Shown here piece by piece: positions 29,882 through 40,670 of a DNA stretch of 60,734 nt. Source of the DNA: an uncultured virus (IMG/VR IMGVR_UViG_3300046340_000069) (lineage: Duplodnaviria > Heunggongvirae > Uroviricota > Caudoviricetes). The DNA lies in the IMG/VR virus record IMGVR_UViG_3300046340_000069. One strand, given 5' to 3'. The notes below the pieces were generated by a model. The model made no database searches. It saw only the letters and a list, made by a program, of their open reading frames with translations, and was not told the origin of the DNA. Made by a program: the position numbers and the translations under genes. Every line of letters begins with the position of its first letter. The first letter of the stretch is position 1.

Positions 29882-32800
29882 TTAAGAAGCAGTACTGATA
29901 ATTCTAAGATTTTTTATGGTTGGGTACGATGCTTGATTGTCAGATTTACAAACAATCTTGATTTGAAATTTTTTGTATTGTGGTATGTTTCGTAATTCAA
30001 ATCTAAACTCTTTAAAATCACTATTGGCTGGGTATACAATAGATGGAACCAATACAAAGTTATTATTATCAAAATTAGGAGAATTGTCTTCTCTGGATAA
30101 CTTTAGATATACTTCAATACTCTCACTGGCGTTTCTAGTTGCATCCAATATGATAGTAATTGCTTGCGACGGAAGAATTAATGATATAGGTTTAGTGATG
30201 TATACGAATGATGACATAATATAATTAGGTAACAACTCATTCCCAGCAACATTATTAATTATATTGGTGGTAGCTACTACAGAACATTTATCATAGTCAA
30301 TAATTGGTGAGATATTTTCGTTACTGGTGGACATATCTATATTTAATTTCATAGATTTGGTGCCCAATATCGCTTCATTATCGGTAGATGCCACCAATAA
30401 TGGTTTGTTGAAATTAGTAGTTTTATCTATAGACAGATCAGAAGTAAATGGAATATATGATGGTTGGATTAGATTAGTACTAGAAATACTAGTTCCAGTA
30501 GTGGCGATTAATGATAAATTAACATTAGTTTCTGGGAAATATTTATAAGATATGTTTGGTGTGACTGATTCATATTGGTGATTGACAGAAACACTAATAT
30601 TATCCCCACCACAAACATTCGTATAATTGGCACTAGAAATAGCGTATACCCCAAAATTATCTAAATCAATTGGTACAATCGAAGTAAAGGTTTTATTTAA
30701 TTCTACTAGTGGAATACCATTTATAGAATAAATCTCTACTACACTATTTGTTAAATGCTGAATGATTGAAGTGTTATTCTTACCTCTACCACCAGCAGGG
30801 ATAGTGATTAATTTTGTGCCATTATTCACATTAATATATGATAGGATCTCATCATCTATTTTGATATAACCTGGATTGGTGATAGATATTGGTAGATTAT
30901 TTATAAATTGAGGTACCAATTCAGGAGTTTCTACTGGTATCGTTGTAGCCACTGTATACTGAGTGTCAGAAATAATATCAGTCAATATAGTTGGAATATA
31001 ATTAGACACTATATTCTTTATAGTCACACTGTTATTAGTGGTGTGCATCCCATGATTTTTGGAATATACACTAACTAAGTTGCTATTTTTTGTTGTGGTT
31101 ATATAATTTCCAATAATTTCTGGGAGATTGTCTTCATTATTAAAATTAATATTTCCAGTCAAACTAAATTTTGCTTTATTCAACTTGAATTTTATCGATT
31201 TCTTATTGTCTGCGATCCAATTTTTATAGTTTTGTGGGACGTATAGATTGGAAATATTAGGATTTTTGATTGAAACTATATCAGTTGTATTTTTTACTTC
31301 AAAGTCATTACTGAATATTTCATAATTATTTGAGTTAGATAGTACACAAATACAATATTGAGTATTGTCCTTTAAGTATACCATATTATTAAATTTAATA
31401 ATAGTAGGCGTATTTCCATCACTACTGGTAACTATATCTTTTGTATTTACGCTTATTTCTGAGTATGGTAGAATAGTTTCAGTAGGATAGTTATTTTCAA
31501 CAGTTCTCAACTGAACTATTAAAGGGATGAAATTATCTTTTTTGTTGAAGAATAGTTCTAATGAGGTGATAAAGCAGCCACCAACAATATTGTTATTAAA
31601 TGATTGAGTTATTGGACTATTCCAACCATTATTGTTGATGATATTACCATTGATCTGATTTTGAATTATGTTAGTGTCATTATTTTCAGGAATGCTTAGT
31701 GAGATGATGTCTTTAGTTTCGATGTTAGAATTGCCACCACACTGAAATATGGTTTTAGCAAATGTAGTATTACCAATTGCGGATAACACTAGTGTTCCTA
31801 CTGAAAATTTGTAATCGCTTTTAGTTGGGTTGGGAATAAATACATTTCCTGCAAAATTACCATTGTCATCACTAATGATATCAGTGTTTGTCAAAATTGC
31901 AATTGCCCCCGAAGTTTGTCCAATGATGTATGTGCCGACTCCAATATCCTCCACATTAAACTGATACCCGTCATTCCAATTTATTTTTATGGTGTTAGTG
32001 GTGCCAGTGTACACTCCACTAGATAAACTATCTACTTTGGCGGATATATAATTTGATAGTACTGTTGGCTGATATCTTGAACCTGTTAATACTCTAGTAT
32101 TGACATTTCTCCACAACAATTTTTCACCAACTACAAATGATATAGTATTAGTGCCATTAGTACCATCCTTTTTAATTACACAAGTAGAGGGTACTACTAG
32201 ATCTGTAATATTTTTTGAATTTATATATACATCCAGTTTAGTGTTTGGTTTTAGTGCATCTATATTTATTTTTATAGTTTGTTGTTTTAAGTAATTGTTG
32301 GTGTTAGTATTTTTCTTAGTAGATTTGTTGCTGGTGATAGGCAACCAATTTTCTTTGTCAGAGTAATCTCCATAAAACCAATTGTCAGAACTAGGATGAG
32401 TGTTTATAACACCTTCCCAATTATTCAACGCATATGGATTGACCTTCAATACATAATTTTTGTTATTTTGTTCGATAAATGTTGCCTCAGTATATGGTAG
32501 ACTGATTAAATTATTGCTTATTTTGTAACTACCATTATTAATTTTCAATTTTATATTTTTACTTGCAGTCTTTGGTACTAAAGTTTGATCATCGGGATTT
32601 ATGCTGCTTTTATATGCTAAATTACTTATGTCGGATAATTGGTAATTTAAAAATTCATCTACCACAAATCCAGTCTTTAGTCGAACTATTCCAGTATTGT
32701 CTAGTAATACTGTATTATTGGCAGTAGATTCTAATTTGTTTAATGCTATTTCATTTTCTGTATTTTTTATTCTTTTTTCTAAATTTCCAATATCTTCCAT

Positions 32801-35800
32801 AGTGTATCTCTTGTTTGGATACACCACAGTTTTAATGTCACTAATAGCTTTAACTACTGGTGGGATTTGTAATGTTGCTATCGCCAAACAATCTTGTGGC
32901 AGATCGGGATTATTTGGATTGTTTGCCGAAATACCACTAATTATTCTACATTTACCAGTAGTATCTATTATTAGTAAATCTGTTCTAGGAGTGTAATAAT
33001 TATAATCACCTTTTAGTATGGTGCTTGGTGCAGGAAATGATCTTAGTTTTAATAGTCTGGTGCTGGGGTTTAGACCACTATACAACAAACTATATGGGGA
33101 TAGGAGATTGCCTAGTCCAACAATTGTTGGAGATTTAGCATAGTATCTCAAATCGATTATATTAGTCTCTATATCATCAGTTGGGTTGATGTAAGAATCA
33201 ATACTCGTTATATCTCCTATACTAGTGTTAAAATAATCAAACACCACTACTAAATGATTGGTGGGTATGTTACTATTATTGATTATGGTCAATTTGTCGA
33301 TGTCATGAATGTTATTATTACTATTTTTTATTAATTTGTAATTGCCAGTTACATCAATATAATTTCCTCTATATACATTTGTCACTGTACTAGTAGTTGC
33401 AGTATTCCAATTGAACGCTGTATCAGCAATATTAAAATGATTGCTACTGTAATATATTAAATTTAATATATTACCAGTTATGCCTATTATTTTGGCTTTT
33501 ATATTCTTGTTATAAACAATATCACCTACATTAAATAATGAATTGTTGGATATAGTGATATTGTCGAAACATTCATTAGTGTAGTTGTTATTGGTATTGT
33601 CATTGTTAGAATATCTGACTGCCAATACATTACTCACATTACTATATCCTAAAGATAGTTCAGGATCATCATAACGAATACCATAGTCAGAAGGAACTAC
33701 ATCAGTTTTTGACTTAATGTACTTTATTACTTTATTTTGTATTAAAGTATTAGTAGTAATGGTTGGGGTGAGTAATTCTACGGTATAAGAAACTAACCCA
33801 TTCCCAGTAAAGGGCACTCCTAGATTTACTAAAGTTATTGTGTTAATCCCTGTAAATGTACCAACAAAACTTCCTACACTGGTCTGCACTAGCGTATCTC
33901 CACTATAAATTTCATTAATATTTTGATTTGGCAGTACGCCCACATTATTTGTGAACGATATTGAACTGTTTCTTATAATAGAAATAGTTTTGTTGGTGGT
34001 GTCTTTGATATTCTTATCTGTTAATGGCACATATAAGTTTTTGTTATTACTTTTTAGTATAGTAACAGATTTGTAGATGGTATCAATATTTTGAGAAGTA
34101 AAGCTATTGGATAAAGAAAGAGTAGTATTATTTAAAATGCCATCAACTGTGGTAATAACCCCAGCCAAATTTATATTACTTCCAACATGTAATTCTGATA
34201 TAAATTTAGAATTAATACCCGTTAAGGTTGTGCCATTGACATTGAAGTTGCTACCAGTCAAAACAAATTCTGTTTTTAATGTTGATGCCGCAAATCCGAC
34301 TCTACCAATACTTCTAATATCATCAATCAAGTAATCTCTTATTTCCAATATATTGTTGATGATATTGTTTTTTGAGTTAATAATTGGTTCGTTCAAAATA
34401 AATGTACCTGTATTGTTCTCCAACGTAATCATATCACCAACTACTGAATATACATATCCAGAAGAACCAGAAATTGTTCCAGTCACATGATCGCCATAGA
34501 CGATATTAGTTAATGCCCCACTTACTCTTAAATCGGTGTGAGTGGATAAATCTATCACATACAGTCTCACCGAATTTTGAAGATAATTAATCGATACGGC
34601 TTTGGCTACCCCAATAATCTTCGATGGGGTAGCTACAGTGCTAGTACTATATAAATTTATATTTTGTGGTGATGATGATACATCTAACATACCGCCTATG
34701 CCACTAATTTCAAGATAAGACCCACAATCTATGAATGATTGGTGATTTATTCTTCGGTTTGTTTTGGTGGGTAGGTCTACGGTTATTAATTGTTTATCTG
34801 GAAACTTGTAATTGTACCCCTTTACTACAGCATCGCCAGCAGACAATTCCACAGAAAAGTAATCATTTCCATTGATCTTATTTGGTTCACTCACCAATGG
34901 ATCTACATTGATTACTGTTCTATTTTGATCGTCTACCTCATTTACTTTATATACACCATTATTAAATAAATTATCTAGTGTTGGGTATACATTAATGTCA
35001 AAATCCTTGAGTACATAATTGCCAGCTTGTTTGTAAGTCTGAACCGCAATTGCATCAATAATTTGAGTATTTACACTTACATCGATTTTGTAATTGATAT
35101 TTCCATTCAATATTTGTACTAACTCTGTGTAATTAGTAGGAATGGCGGAACCATAAGTAAGTTTTACTACATTTGCTAATATTTGTAATCTGTCTGCTCC
35201 AACAGCAGCACAATTATTGAATCCATTCGCATTATCTGTTAAAGTTGCGTCATCTACAGCAGTGACAAATTTAGGAGTAAATTGTATCCCAATACTATAA
35301 TTACCTGTGTTGGTGTATTGATCTAATACCACACTAGTATTGTTCAGGTTGGTATAGTACCCGTCCCAATAAAATGTGCCCTGATTTACGTGTACTATAC
35401 TTGAATTATATAGTGTACTATTCGTGCTAATAGTTGTGGCAAATTTAATATTATTGAATGACAATATTTCATTATCTGCAAATTTGTTATATTGTACTCC
35501 CATCAATACAGTACCACCACTAACATATTTTACATATAATGATGGTTTGGATATAGTACTATTCTTTTTGCTTACATATGCAACTACTATGGCTTGTACG
35601 TTTGTAGTATTACCTTTAATAGTTTTGCCAATTAGTTTATTTATTTCTACATCGGGTGTATTGCCATTAAATAGATCATTTAATAATACTACATCTACCT
35701 CTTTGTCATGAGTAATCTCACCACCAGAAATCAAATCTCCATTTTGGTATTGTACATCAGATAAAGATTTTATTTGATTCTGAGCAATACTTTGTAGATT

Positions 35801-35917
35801 ATTTAATTCTCTAGCTTGGATCGGATATCCTGGTTTAAATAATACTTGGTGATAATTTTTGGATTTGCCAAAATCATCATGATACGGTGGGATGTTTGTG
35901 TTGATTTTGTCGGTCAT
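29882..35917 (-). CDS. Large virion structural protein (DUF4815 / VrlC-like of T4-like cyanophages)
   Basis: PPYHDDF..KNYHQVLFKPGYPIQARELNNLQS; RYTMEDIGNLEKRI; GFVVDEF. Confidence 0.85.
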   Translation of the reverse strand: MTDKINTNIPPYHDDFGKSKNYHQVLFKPGYPIQARELNNLQSIAQNQIKSLSDVQYQNGDLISGGEITHDKEVDVVLLNDLFNGNTPDVEINKLIGKTIKGNTTNVQAIVVAYVSKKNSTISKPSLYVKYVSGGTVLMGVQYNKFADNEILSFNNIKFATTISTNSTLYNSSIVHVNQGTFYWDGYYTNLNNTSVVLDQYTNTGNYSIGIQFTPKFVTAVDDATLTDNANGFNNCAAVGADRLQILANVVKLTYGSAIPTNYTELVQILNGNINYKIDVSVNTQIIDAIAVQTYKQAGNYVLKDFDINVYPTLDNLFNNGVYKVNEVDDQNRTVINVDPLVSEPNKINGNDYFSVELSAGDAVVKGYNYKFPDKQLITVDLPTKTNRRINHQSFIDCGSYLEISGIGGMLDVSSSPQNINLYSTSTVATPSKIIGVAKAVSINYLQNSVRLYVIDLSTHTDLRVSGALTNIVYGDHVTGTISGSSGYVYSVVGDMITLENNTGTFILNEPIINSKNNIINNILEIRDYLIDDIRSIGRVGFAASTLKTEFVLTGSNFNVNGTTLTGINSKFISELHVGSNINLAGVITTVDGILNNTTLSLSNSFTSQNIDTIYKSVTILKSNNKNLYVPLTDKNIKDTTNKTISIIRNSSISFTNNVGVLPNQNINEIYSGDTLVQTSVGSFVGTFTGINTITLVNLGVPFTGNGLVSYTVELLTPTITTNTLIQNKVIKYIKSKTDVVPSDYGIRYDDPELSLGYSNVSNVLAVRYSNNDNTNNNYTNECFDNITISNNSLFNVGDIVYNKNIKAKIIGITGNILNLIYYSSNHFNIADTAFNWNTATTSTVTNVYRGNYIDVTGNYKLIKNSNNNIHDIDKLTIINNSNIPTNHLVVVFDYFNTSIGDITSIDSYINPTDDIETNIIDLRYYAKSPTIVGLGNLLSPYSLLYSGLNPSTRLLKLRSFPAPSTILKGDYNYYTPRTDLLIIDTTGKCRIISGISANNPNNPDLPQDCLAIATLQIPPVVKAISDIKTVVYPNKRYTMEDIGNLEKRIKNTENEIALNKLESTANNTVLLDNTGIVRLKTGFVVDEFLNYQLSDISNLAYKSSINPDDQTLVPKTASKNIKLKINNGSYKISNNLISLPYTEATFIEQNNKNYVLKVNPYALNNWEGVINTHPSSDNWFYGDYSDKENWLPITSNKSTKKNTNTNNYLKQQTIKINIDALKPNTKLDVYINSKNITDLVVPSTCVIKKDGTNGTNTISFVVGEKLLWRNVNTRVLTGSRYQPTVLSNYISAKVDSLSSGVYTGTTNTIKINWNDGYQFNVEDIGVGTYIIGQTSGAIAILTNTDIISDDNGNFAGNVFIPNPTKSDYKFSVGTLVLSAIGNTTFAKTIFQCGGNSNIETKDIISLSIPENNDTNIIQNQINGNIINNNGWNSPITQSFNNNIVGGCFITSLELFFNKKDNFIPLIVQLRTVENNYPTETILPYSEISVNTKDIVTSSDGNTPTIIKFNNMVYLKDNTQYCICVLSNSNNYEIFSNDFEVKNTTDIVSIKNPNISNLYVPQNYKNWIADNKKSIKFKLNKAKFSLTGNINFNNEDNLPEIIGNYITTTKNSNLVSVYSKNHGMHTTNNSVTIKNIVSNYIPTILTDIISDTQYTVATTIPVETPELVPQFINNLPISITNPGYIKIDDEILSYINVNNGTKLITIPAGGRGKNNTSIIQHLTNSVVEIYSINGIPLVELNKTFTSIVPIDLDNFGVYAISSANYTNVCGGDNISVSVNHQYESVTPNISYKYFPETNVNLSLIATTGTSISSTNLIQPSYIPFTSDLSIDKTTNFNKPLLVASTDNEAILGTKSMKLNIDMSTSNENISPIIDYDKCSVVATTNIINNVAGNELLPNYIMSSFVYITKPISLILPSQAITIILDATRNASESIEVYLKLSREDNSPNFDNNNFVLVPSIVYPANSDFKEFRFELRNIPQYKKFQIKIVCKSDNQASYPTIKNLRIISTAS

Positions 35918-35989
35918 ACTAGAAATTTTTGTATTCTTTTTAATATTTAGTTTAATATAAATATCTGTATAAATATTAAATTTAATAAA

Positions 35990-37465
35990 ATGAGTTCAAT
36001 CATTACAAATCAATTTCGTACTGCTATTGCAAAGAATTTTTTATCTCTTGCCGCCACTGACAATTTATATCTCTTCATCTCTAGACCACAACAATGGCAG
36101 TCTGAAGAGTATGCTGGTAATCCTGCCGTCAGTGAATTAACCCCCCCAGTGCCTAATGACAATTCTGCTGAATTTGTGAATAGTCACAATAATATGATCG
36201 GGATTAAGAAAATTAATTCTACCGATCTCTCGCTTGTGATTAAGAAAATTGTATGGCAACCAGGCGTAATTTATGATATGTATAAGCATAATTACTCTCA
36301 AAATAATCCTACCGCCACTGGTTCTACTATTTTGGCGGATAGTAATTTTTACATAGTCAACAGCCAATTTCAAGTTTTTAAATGTATATATAACGGACAA
36401 ACCCCAGAAACTCCATTAGGGATACCAACTACTATCGGGTCGGAACCTACTGTAATAGGTTCTTCTACCGCTATTGTCACTACGTCAGATGGATATAAAT
36501 GGAAATATTTATTCTCTCTGACCACTAATCAAGTATTGAAATTTGCAAATAACAATTATATTCCTGTACTAGTAGATAGTGTTGTTAGCATTGCTGCTGC
36601 TCCTGGTTCAATTTCTCAATTGAATATCCTTAATAGAGGTACAAACCTGACTCCAGGTACATATTACTCCAGAATTATTGGTAATGGTGAAGGTGGGATT
36701 ATTAGAATTATTGTTCCCAATGATACTTTAGACCCATTTAATCAAAAAATTGGTAGTGTATCTGTTATTTCTGGTGGTACTGATTATACTTATGCTAAAG
36801 TTAATTTGGGTGCTGTCTTTAGTGACATTCTGTGTACCATTCCTTCTAATATTGGCACTATTAATAATTCAGTACAGTATTTGGAAGTAATTATTCCACC
36901 AATATTAGGGCATGGGAGCGATCCGGAAAAAGAATTGTTCGCTCATCGCGTAGTTATCGCTCCCAAATTAGAATCTATCGATCAAGATATTCCCGTAAAT
37001 ATCCAGTATCGTCAGTTTGGTTTGTTCATAAATCCAAAAGTTGCTGGCACGGATACATTATTTGATGCTGCTACTGGTAATTGTACCACTCGTATCAAAT
37101 TTCCTAATACTTTCGTAGGTACGTTTGTGTTAGGTGAGCGAGTTGTGCAAGCTATAACTGGCGCAATTGGTAATGTAGTGGCGTGGGATGTAGTTAATAA
37201 GATATTGTCTGTGTATCAGAATCAGTTTCAAAACAATTTTGTTGTTGATGACTTTGCTGGCGCAAATACTGTAACTGCTGGTGGGTTGACTGGAGTTCCT
37301 GAAATTGCTTTTAATGGTGTATTGAATTACAATACTTTCATTAATGGATATTCCACTAGCGAGATCGAAAAATATTCTGGTGAAATACTTTACATAGAAA
37401 ACAGGGGGGCGATCAATAGAAGTCTCGATCAAACAGAGCAGATACTTCTCATAATTGAACTCTGA
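35990..37465 (+). CDS. gp8: Baseplate wedge subunit gp8
   Basis: IITNQFR, YDMY, VFKCIYNG, DGYKWKYLF, SGEILYIENR. Confidence 0.9.
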   Translation: MSSIITNQFRTAIAKNFLSLAATDNLYLFISRPQQWQSEEYAGNPAVSELTPPVPNDNSAEFVNSHNNMIGIKKINSTDLSLVIKKIVWQPGVIYDMYKHNYSQNNPTATGSTILADSNFYIVNSQFQVFKCIYNGQTPETPLGIPTTIGSEPTVIGSSTAIVTTSDGYKWKYLFSLTTNQVLKFANNNYIPVLVDSVVSIAAAPGSISQLNILNRGTNLTPGTYYSRIIGNGEGGIIRIIVPNDTLDPFNQKIGSVSVISGGTDYTYAKVNLGAVFSDILCTIPSNIGTINNSVQYLEVIIPPILGHGSDPEKELFAHRVVIAPKLESIDQDIPVNIQYRQFGLFINPKVAGTDTLFDAATGNCTTRIKFPNTFVGTFVLGERVVQAITGAIGNVVAWDVVNKILSVYQNQFQNNFVVDDFAGANTVTAGGLTGVPEIAFNGVLNYNTFINGYSTSEIEKYSGEILYIENRGAINRSLDQTEQILLIIEL

Positions 37466-37498
37466 TGACAAATAATTAAAATTTGTGTTATAATAGGA

Positions 37499-37726
37499 AT
37501 GTTGTCATTCCTATTATTTTTTATGGATAAAAATAAGAAATACTATTACACTTATATCATTCGACACAAAAATGGGCAATATTATGTAGGCAGAAGGACT
37601 TCTAAAGTAGAACCACAATTAGATTCGTACATGGGATCTGGCGTGTGGGTAACTGCAATTAAAGATAGGGACTCTATTGAAAAATATATAATTGCTGAGT
37701 ACAATTATGCTATAAGAACATCATAA
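37499..37726 (+). pseudogene. Truncated GIY-YIG endonuclease
   Basis: YTY..YYVGR..YMGSG, ends after ~70 aa; similar to the N-terminus of 18534-19304. Confidence 0.7.
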
Positions 37727-37734
37727 CACAGATA

Positions 37735-39438
37735 TCAAATAAATGGGAAAATCTGCACCACCTCAGCAAACCAATTATTTATTTCGTTAGAACCTATTTC
37801 TTCGTAGCTATATTGAGTATTCGCATCAATCCAAAAAGATGTTAAAGTTTTCATAGAATAATATACTATTTCACTTCCTACATATTCATAATTTCTAATT
37901 TCATTAGAACCACTAGTGGTAAAGGTTACATTAAATTTGTTCAATTGTAAATAACCAGAACTCATGAATTCACTAGTGTCAACAACATTAATGACTCTTT
38001 GACCAATTAGCAAATCGGTAGTCATCGTAGTAATGGCAGGAGTGGGGTATTCATAATTACCACCAATATCGTTAACTAATTTTATTTTTTCTGCACCAAA
38101 GCTGTATTTTGTAGAAATATCGATCTGATTTTGGATGTCGCGCAAATTAGTAACATTAGACGAACCATATGGTTCGATATCGTAGTCTAATACATGAGTA
38201 GTAGTTTCATAAACTACATCATTACCAGCAAATAATACATTAGTGGTAGTGTTATTAGTATATCCTACAAAATTGACATAATTATTGGCATCTTTATTGT
38301 ATCTTATAGATGGAGGTGCAGAATATGTAATATCATCAGGTACTTGTGGATCTATATTTGGAGTGACAGTAGTGGTATAGTTATAAGTATGTAACAGCCA
38401 GCCATCAATGACACGAGAATTAAGAGTAGTAGCAGGAGGGTTAGTGATAGGAATTGGTGAATAGAACCTATTAAATTTAATAGTTATTGCCCCAAAACTA
38501 GGAGAAACATAAGTAAAATCGTTATTTTTGGGGGTAATGTTACTAACGCCGAAACCAACAATATTAGTTTTGATGGGGATATCCAGCCAAGAAGTCACTA
38601 CTATAGGATTATCTATATTACTGATACCATCTACAGGACTATCATTTTTGACAAATGTTGCACCATTGAGATCTGCAATAGATGAGATGTGACTATTAGC
38701 AGTAGATAATATACTATTAGCAGTAGATAATCTGTTATTTGGGGTGGAGATGGGGACAATTTGCGAATTATCCACATATTTGGTATTATTTTGTTCAGTA
38801 TAGGGATTTGGCAATTTTAGATCATAATTACTAAAATTACTCACCGAATCTGAATTTGTAGGTAAATTTGGTGTAAATTTGGCATAATACGATATATTTT
38901 TATAATCTGTGGAATATTTACCAACTACTCCAGCACGATCTAATATTCCTTTTCCAGCTAATATTATGACTTGAATTCCATTAACTGTGATAACCTGATT
39001 GACAGTAAAAGTAGCAGTGCCAGTATATTCAAAATATGAATATTTGTCAAACAAATTAACCACTTTTGTAATAATTCCATTATTAAATGTATCACCCAAT
39101 TTTAGTAAGTTTTTATTAGACCTTGGGTTTATAATGTAGTCAAATATGACTGCATTAGTAGTCATATCTGCATAATAAATGGTAGCATTAGGATTAGGTA
39201 TTACAGATATAGCAGTAGCAACTAATTGAATAGTGCCTTGTAAATCTAATGTATAGTTATCTACGTTTTCTGGGGTAGATTCTGTTCGAGTATCTGCTTT
39301 ATTAGCCGTGGACAGATTAAGAGTTAATTGATTTGATGGGATGACGAAAACATGGGCAAATGTGGTGTCGTCAGTATAAAATATGGGTAGGGGTGGGTTA
39401 ATTGTTAAAGTTTTTTTGTAACTATTCTGGAGCGTCAT
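37735..39438 (-). CDS. Hypothetical protein, probably virion-associated, downstream of gp25
   Basis: 567 aa; co-oriented with and immediately after gp25. Confidence 0.7.
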   Translation of the reverse strand: MTLQNSYKKTLTINPPLPIFYTDDTTFAHVFVIPSNQLTLNLSTANKADTRTESTPENVDNYTLDLQGTIQLVATAISVIPNPNATIYYADMTTNAVIFDYIINPRSNKNLLKLGDTFNNGIITKVVNLFDKYSYFEYTGTATFTVNQVITVNGIQVIILAGKGILDRAGVVGKYSTDYKNISYYAKFTPNLPTNSDSVSNFSNYDLKLPNPYTEQNNTKYVDNSQIVPISTPNNRLSTANSILSTANSHISSIADLNGATFVKNDSPVDGISNIDNPIVVTSWLDIPIKTNIVGFGVSNITPKNNDFTYVSPSFGAITIKFNRFYSPIPITNPPATTLNSRVIDGWLLHTYNYTTTVTPNIDPQVPDDITYSAPPSIRYNKDANNYVNFVGYTNNTTTNVLFAGNDVVYETTTHVLDYDIEPYGSSNVTNLRDIQNQIDISTKYSFGAEKIKLVNDIGGNYEYPTPAITTMTTDLLIGQRVINVVDTSEFMSSGYLQLNKFNVTFTTSGSNEIRNYEYVGSEIVYYSMKTLTSFWIDANTQYSYEEIGSNEINNWFAEVVQIFPFI

Positions 39439-39444
39439 GTCTGT

Positions 39445-39813
39445 TTATCTATCTCTCACTAAGTTTACAGTGAATGAATCTGTTTCTTCCAGTTGTTTAA
39501 TAGTGTATTCTAGATAAACAGATAATGTAATATTATCATCTTCTAAAATAACTTCTATTTTTTCTATAATAACACGATTCTCCCATAACGTCAAGGAGGT
39601 TCTGATCTCTTCAAGTATTTCGTTCCCAAGATTGTTGTCTGCAACTTCAAATAAATATTTTGATAGTGATGTACCGTAATAAGGTTGGAAAATTGCACTA
39701 CCTCTTTCGGTGAGTATAATATTTTTTACTGATGCTTTTACGGCTGCTTTTGTATTTAAGATTGTGATATCGTGACTATTAGTTTGGCTGAATGATAAAT
39801 CCAAGTCTGGCAT
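39445..39813 (-). CDS. gp25: Baseplate wedge protein gp25
   Basis: DLDLSF..AVKASVKNIILT..F.P..G..LFE..WENRV. Confidence 0.9.
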   Translation of the reverse strand: MPDLDLSFSQTNSHDITILNTKAAVKASVKNIILTERGSAIFQPYYGTSLSKYLFEVADNNLGNEILEEIRTSLTLWENRVIIEKIEVILEDDNITLSVYLEYTIKQLEETDSFTVNLVRDR

Positions 39814-39853
39814 AATTTTTATGTTTTGATACTAATAGTCATATTTAGAGTTT

Positions 39854-40582
39854 CTATGCGGTGTAGGGCATTCTAGACCCCTCTGGGAGCATAATAGGTT
39901 GTTCCCAAGATGCTTGATTTTCTAAATGTGCTTCAATTAATTGGTCTAGTTTTATCTGATGTTTTGGTGAGAATTGGATAGTATGATCTGGCAACCAATT
40001 AGGAGTTTCTTTGAGGTATCGTTCTGGCAATACTAAACCTGATTTGATGCCGAACTGATAGTGAATATTTTGAAGGTAATTTATTGATTGTGAACCAAAA
40101 CTTATTCTCTCACCATTTACTCTTGGCATACGAATTTGTGTTTTATAGCTACTACTACCACCATTAGCACATTTTATACCAATAGGGAGTCCAGATGACT
40201 TCTTCATTAATGCTATATTAAACCATTGAGTGACTACTTCTAAATTAGATAATTTGTTATTACTAGGATCTCCGTCGATATGATTGATCACCCAATTATT
40301 ATTAGTCTTCAATCCAACTATTAATTCATGAATTTTTACAGTTTGTCCATTTTTATATGTTAGAAATCTACCTGTATTATTAGGATTAAAATTATATAGT
40401 TTTAATAGATCTACTTTATCAAGATCTATAGAATTAGTATATAATATACCAGTATTAGTATTGAGTACATACAGTTGGTCATAAGTAAAGAATTGATTAT
40501 ATATTAAATTGTAACCATTGTCTACATTATGATGAGGTTGATTGAACTGCCATAAATCCAGCGTTGTGTCGTAGTAAATCAT
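39854..40582 (-). CDS. HNH homing endonuclease, repeated family copy 3
   Basis: INHIDGDPSNNKLSNLEVVT; reads past the usual stop into the CTAGAATGCCC element. Confidence 0.85.
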   Translation of the reverse strand: MIYYDTTLDLWQFNQPHHNVDNGYNLIYNQFFTYDQLYVLNTNTGILYTNSIDLDKVDLLKLYNFNPNNTGRFLTYKNGQTVKIHELIVGLKTNNNWVINHIDGDPSNNKLSNLEVVTQWFNIALMKKSSGLPIGIKCANGGSSSYKTQIRMPRVNGERISFGSQSINYLQNIHYQFGIKSGLVLPERYLKETPNWLPDHTIQFSPKHQIKLDQLIEAHLENQASWEQPIMLPEGSRMPYTA

Positions 40583-40670
40583 TTTAATATAATAAAGTAT
40601 ATAATCATCATAACACAGATATTGATGTATCGCAATCATAAATATCTATAGAATTATTAAATTTAATAGA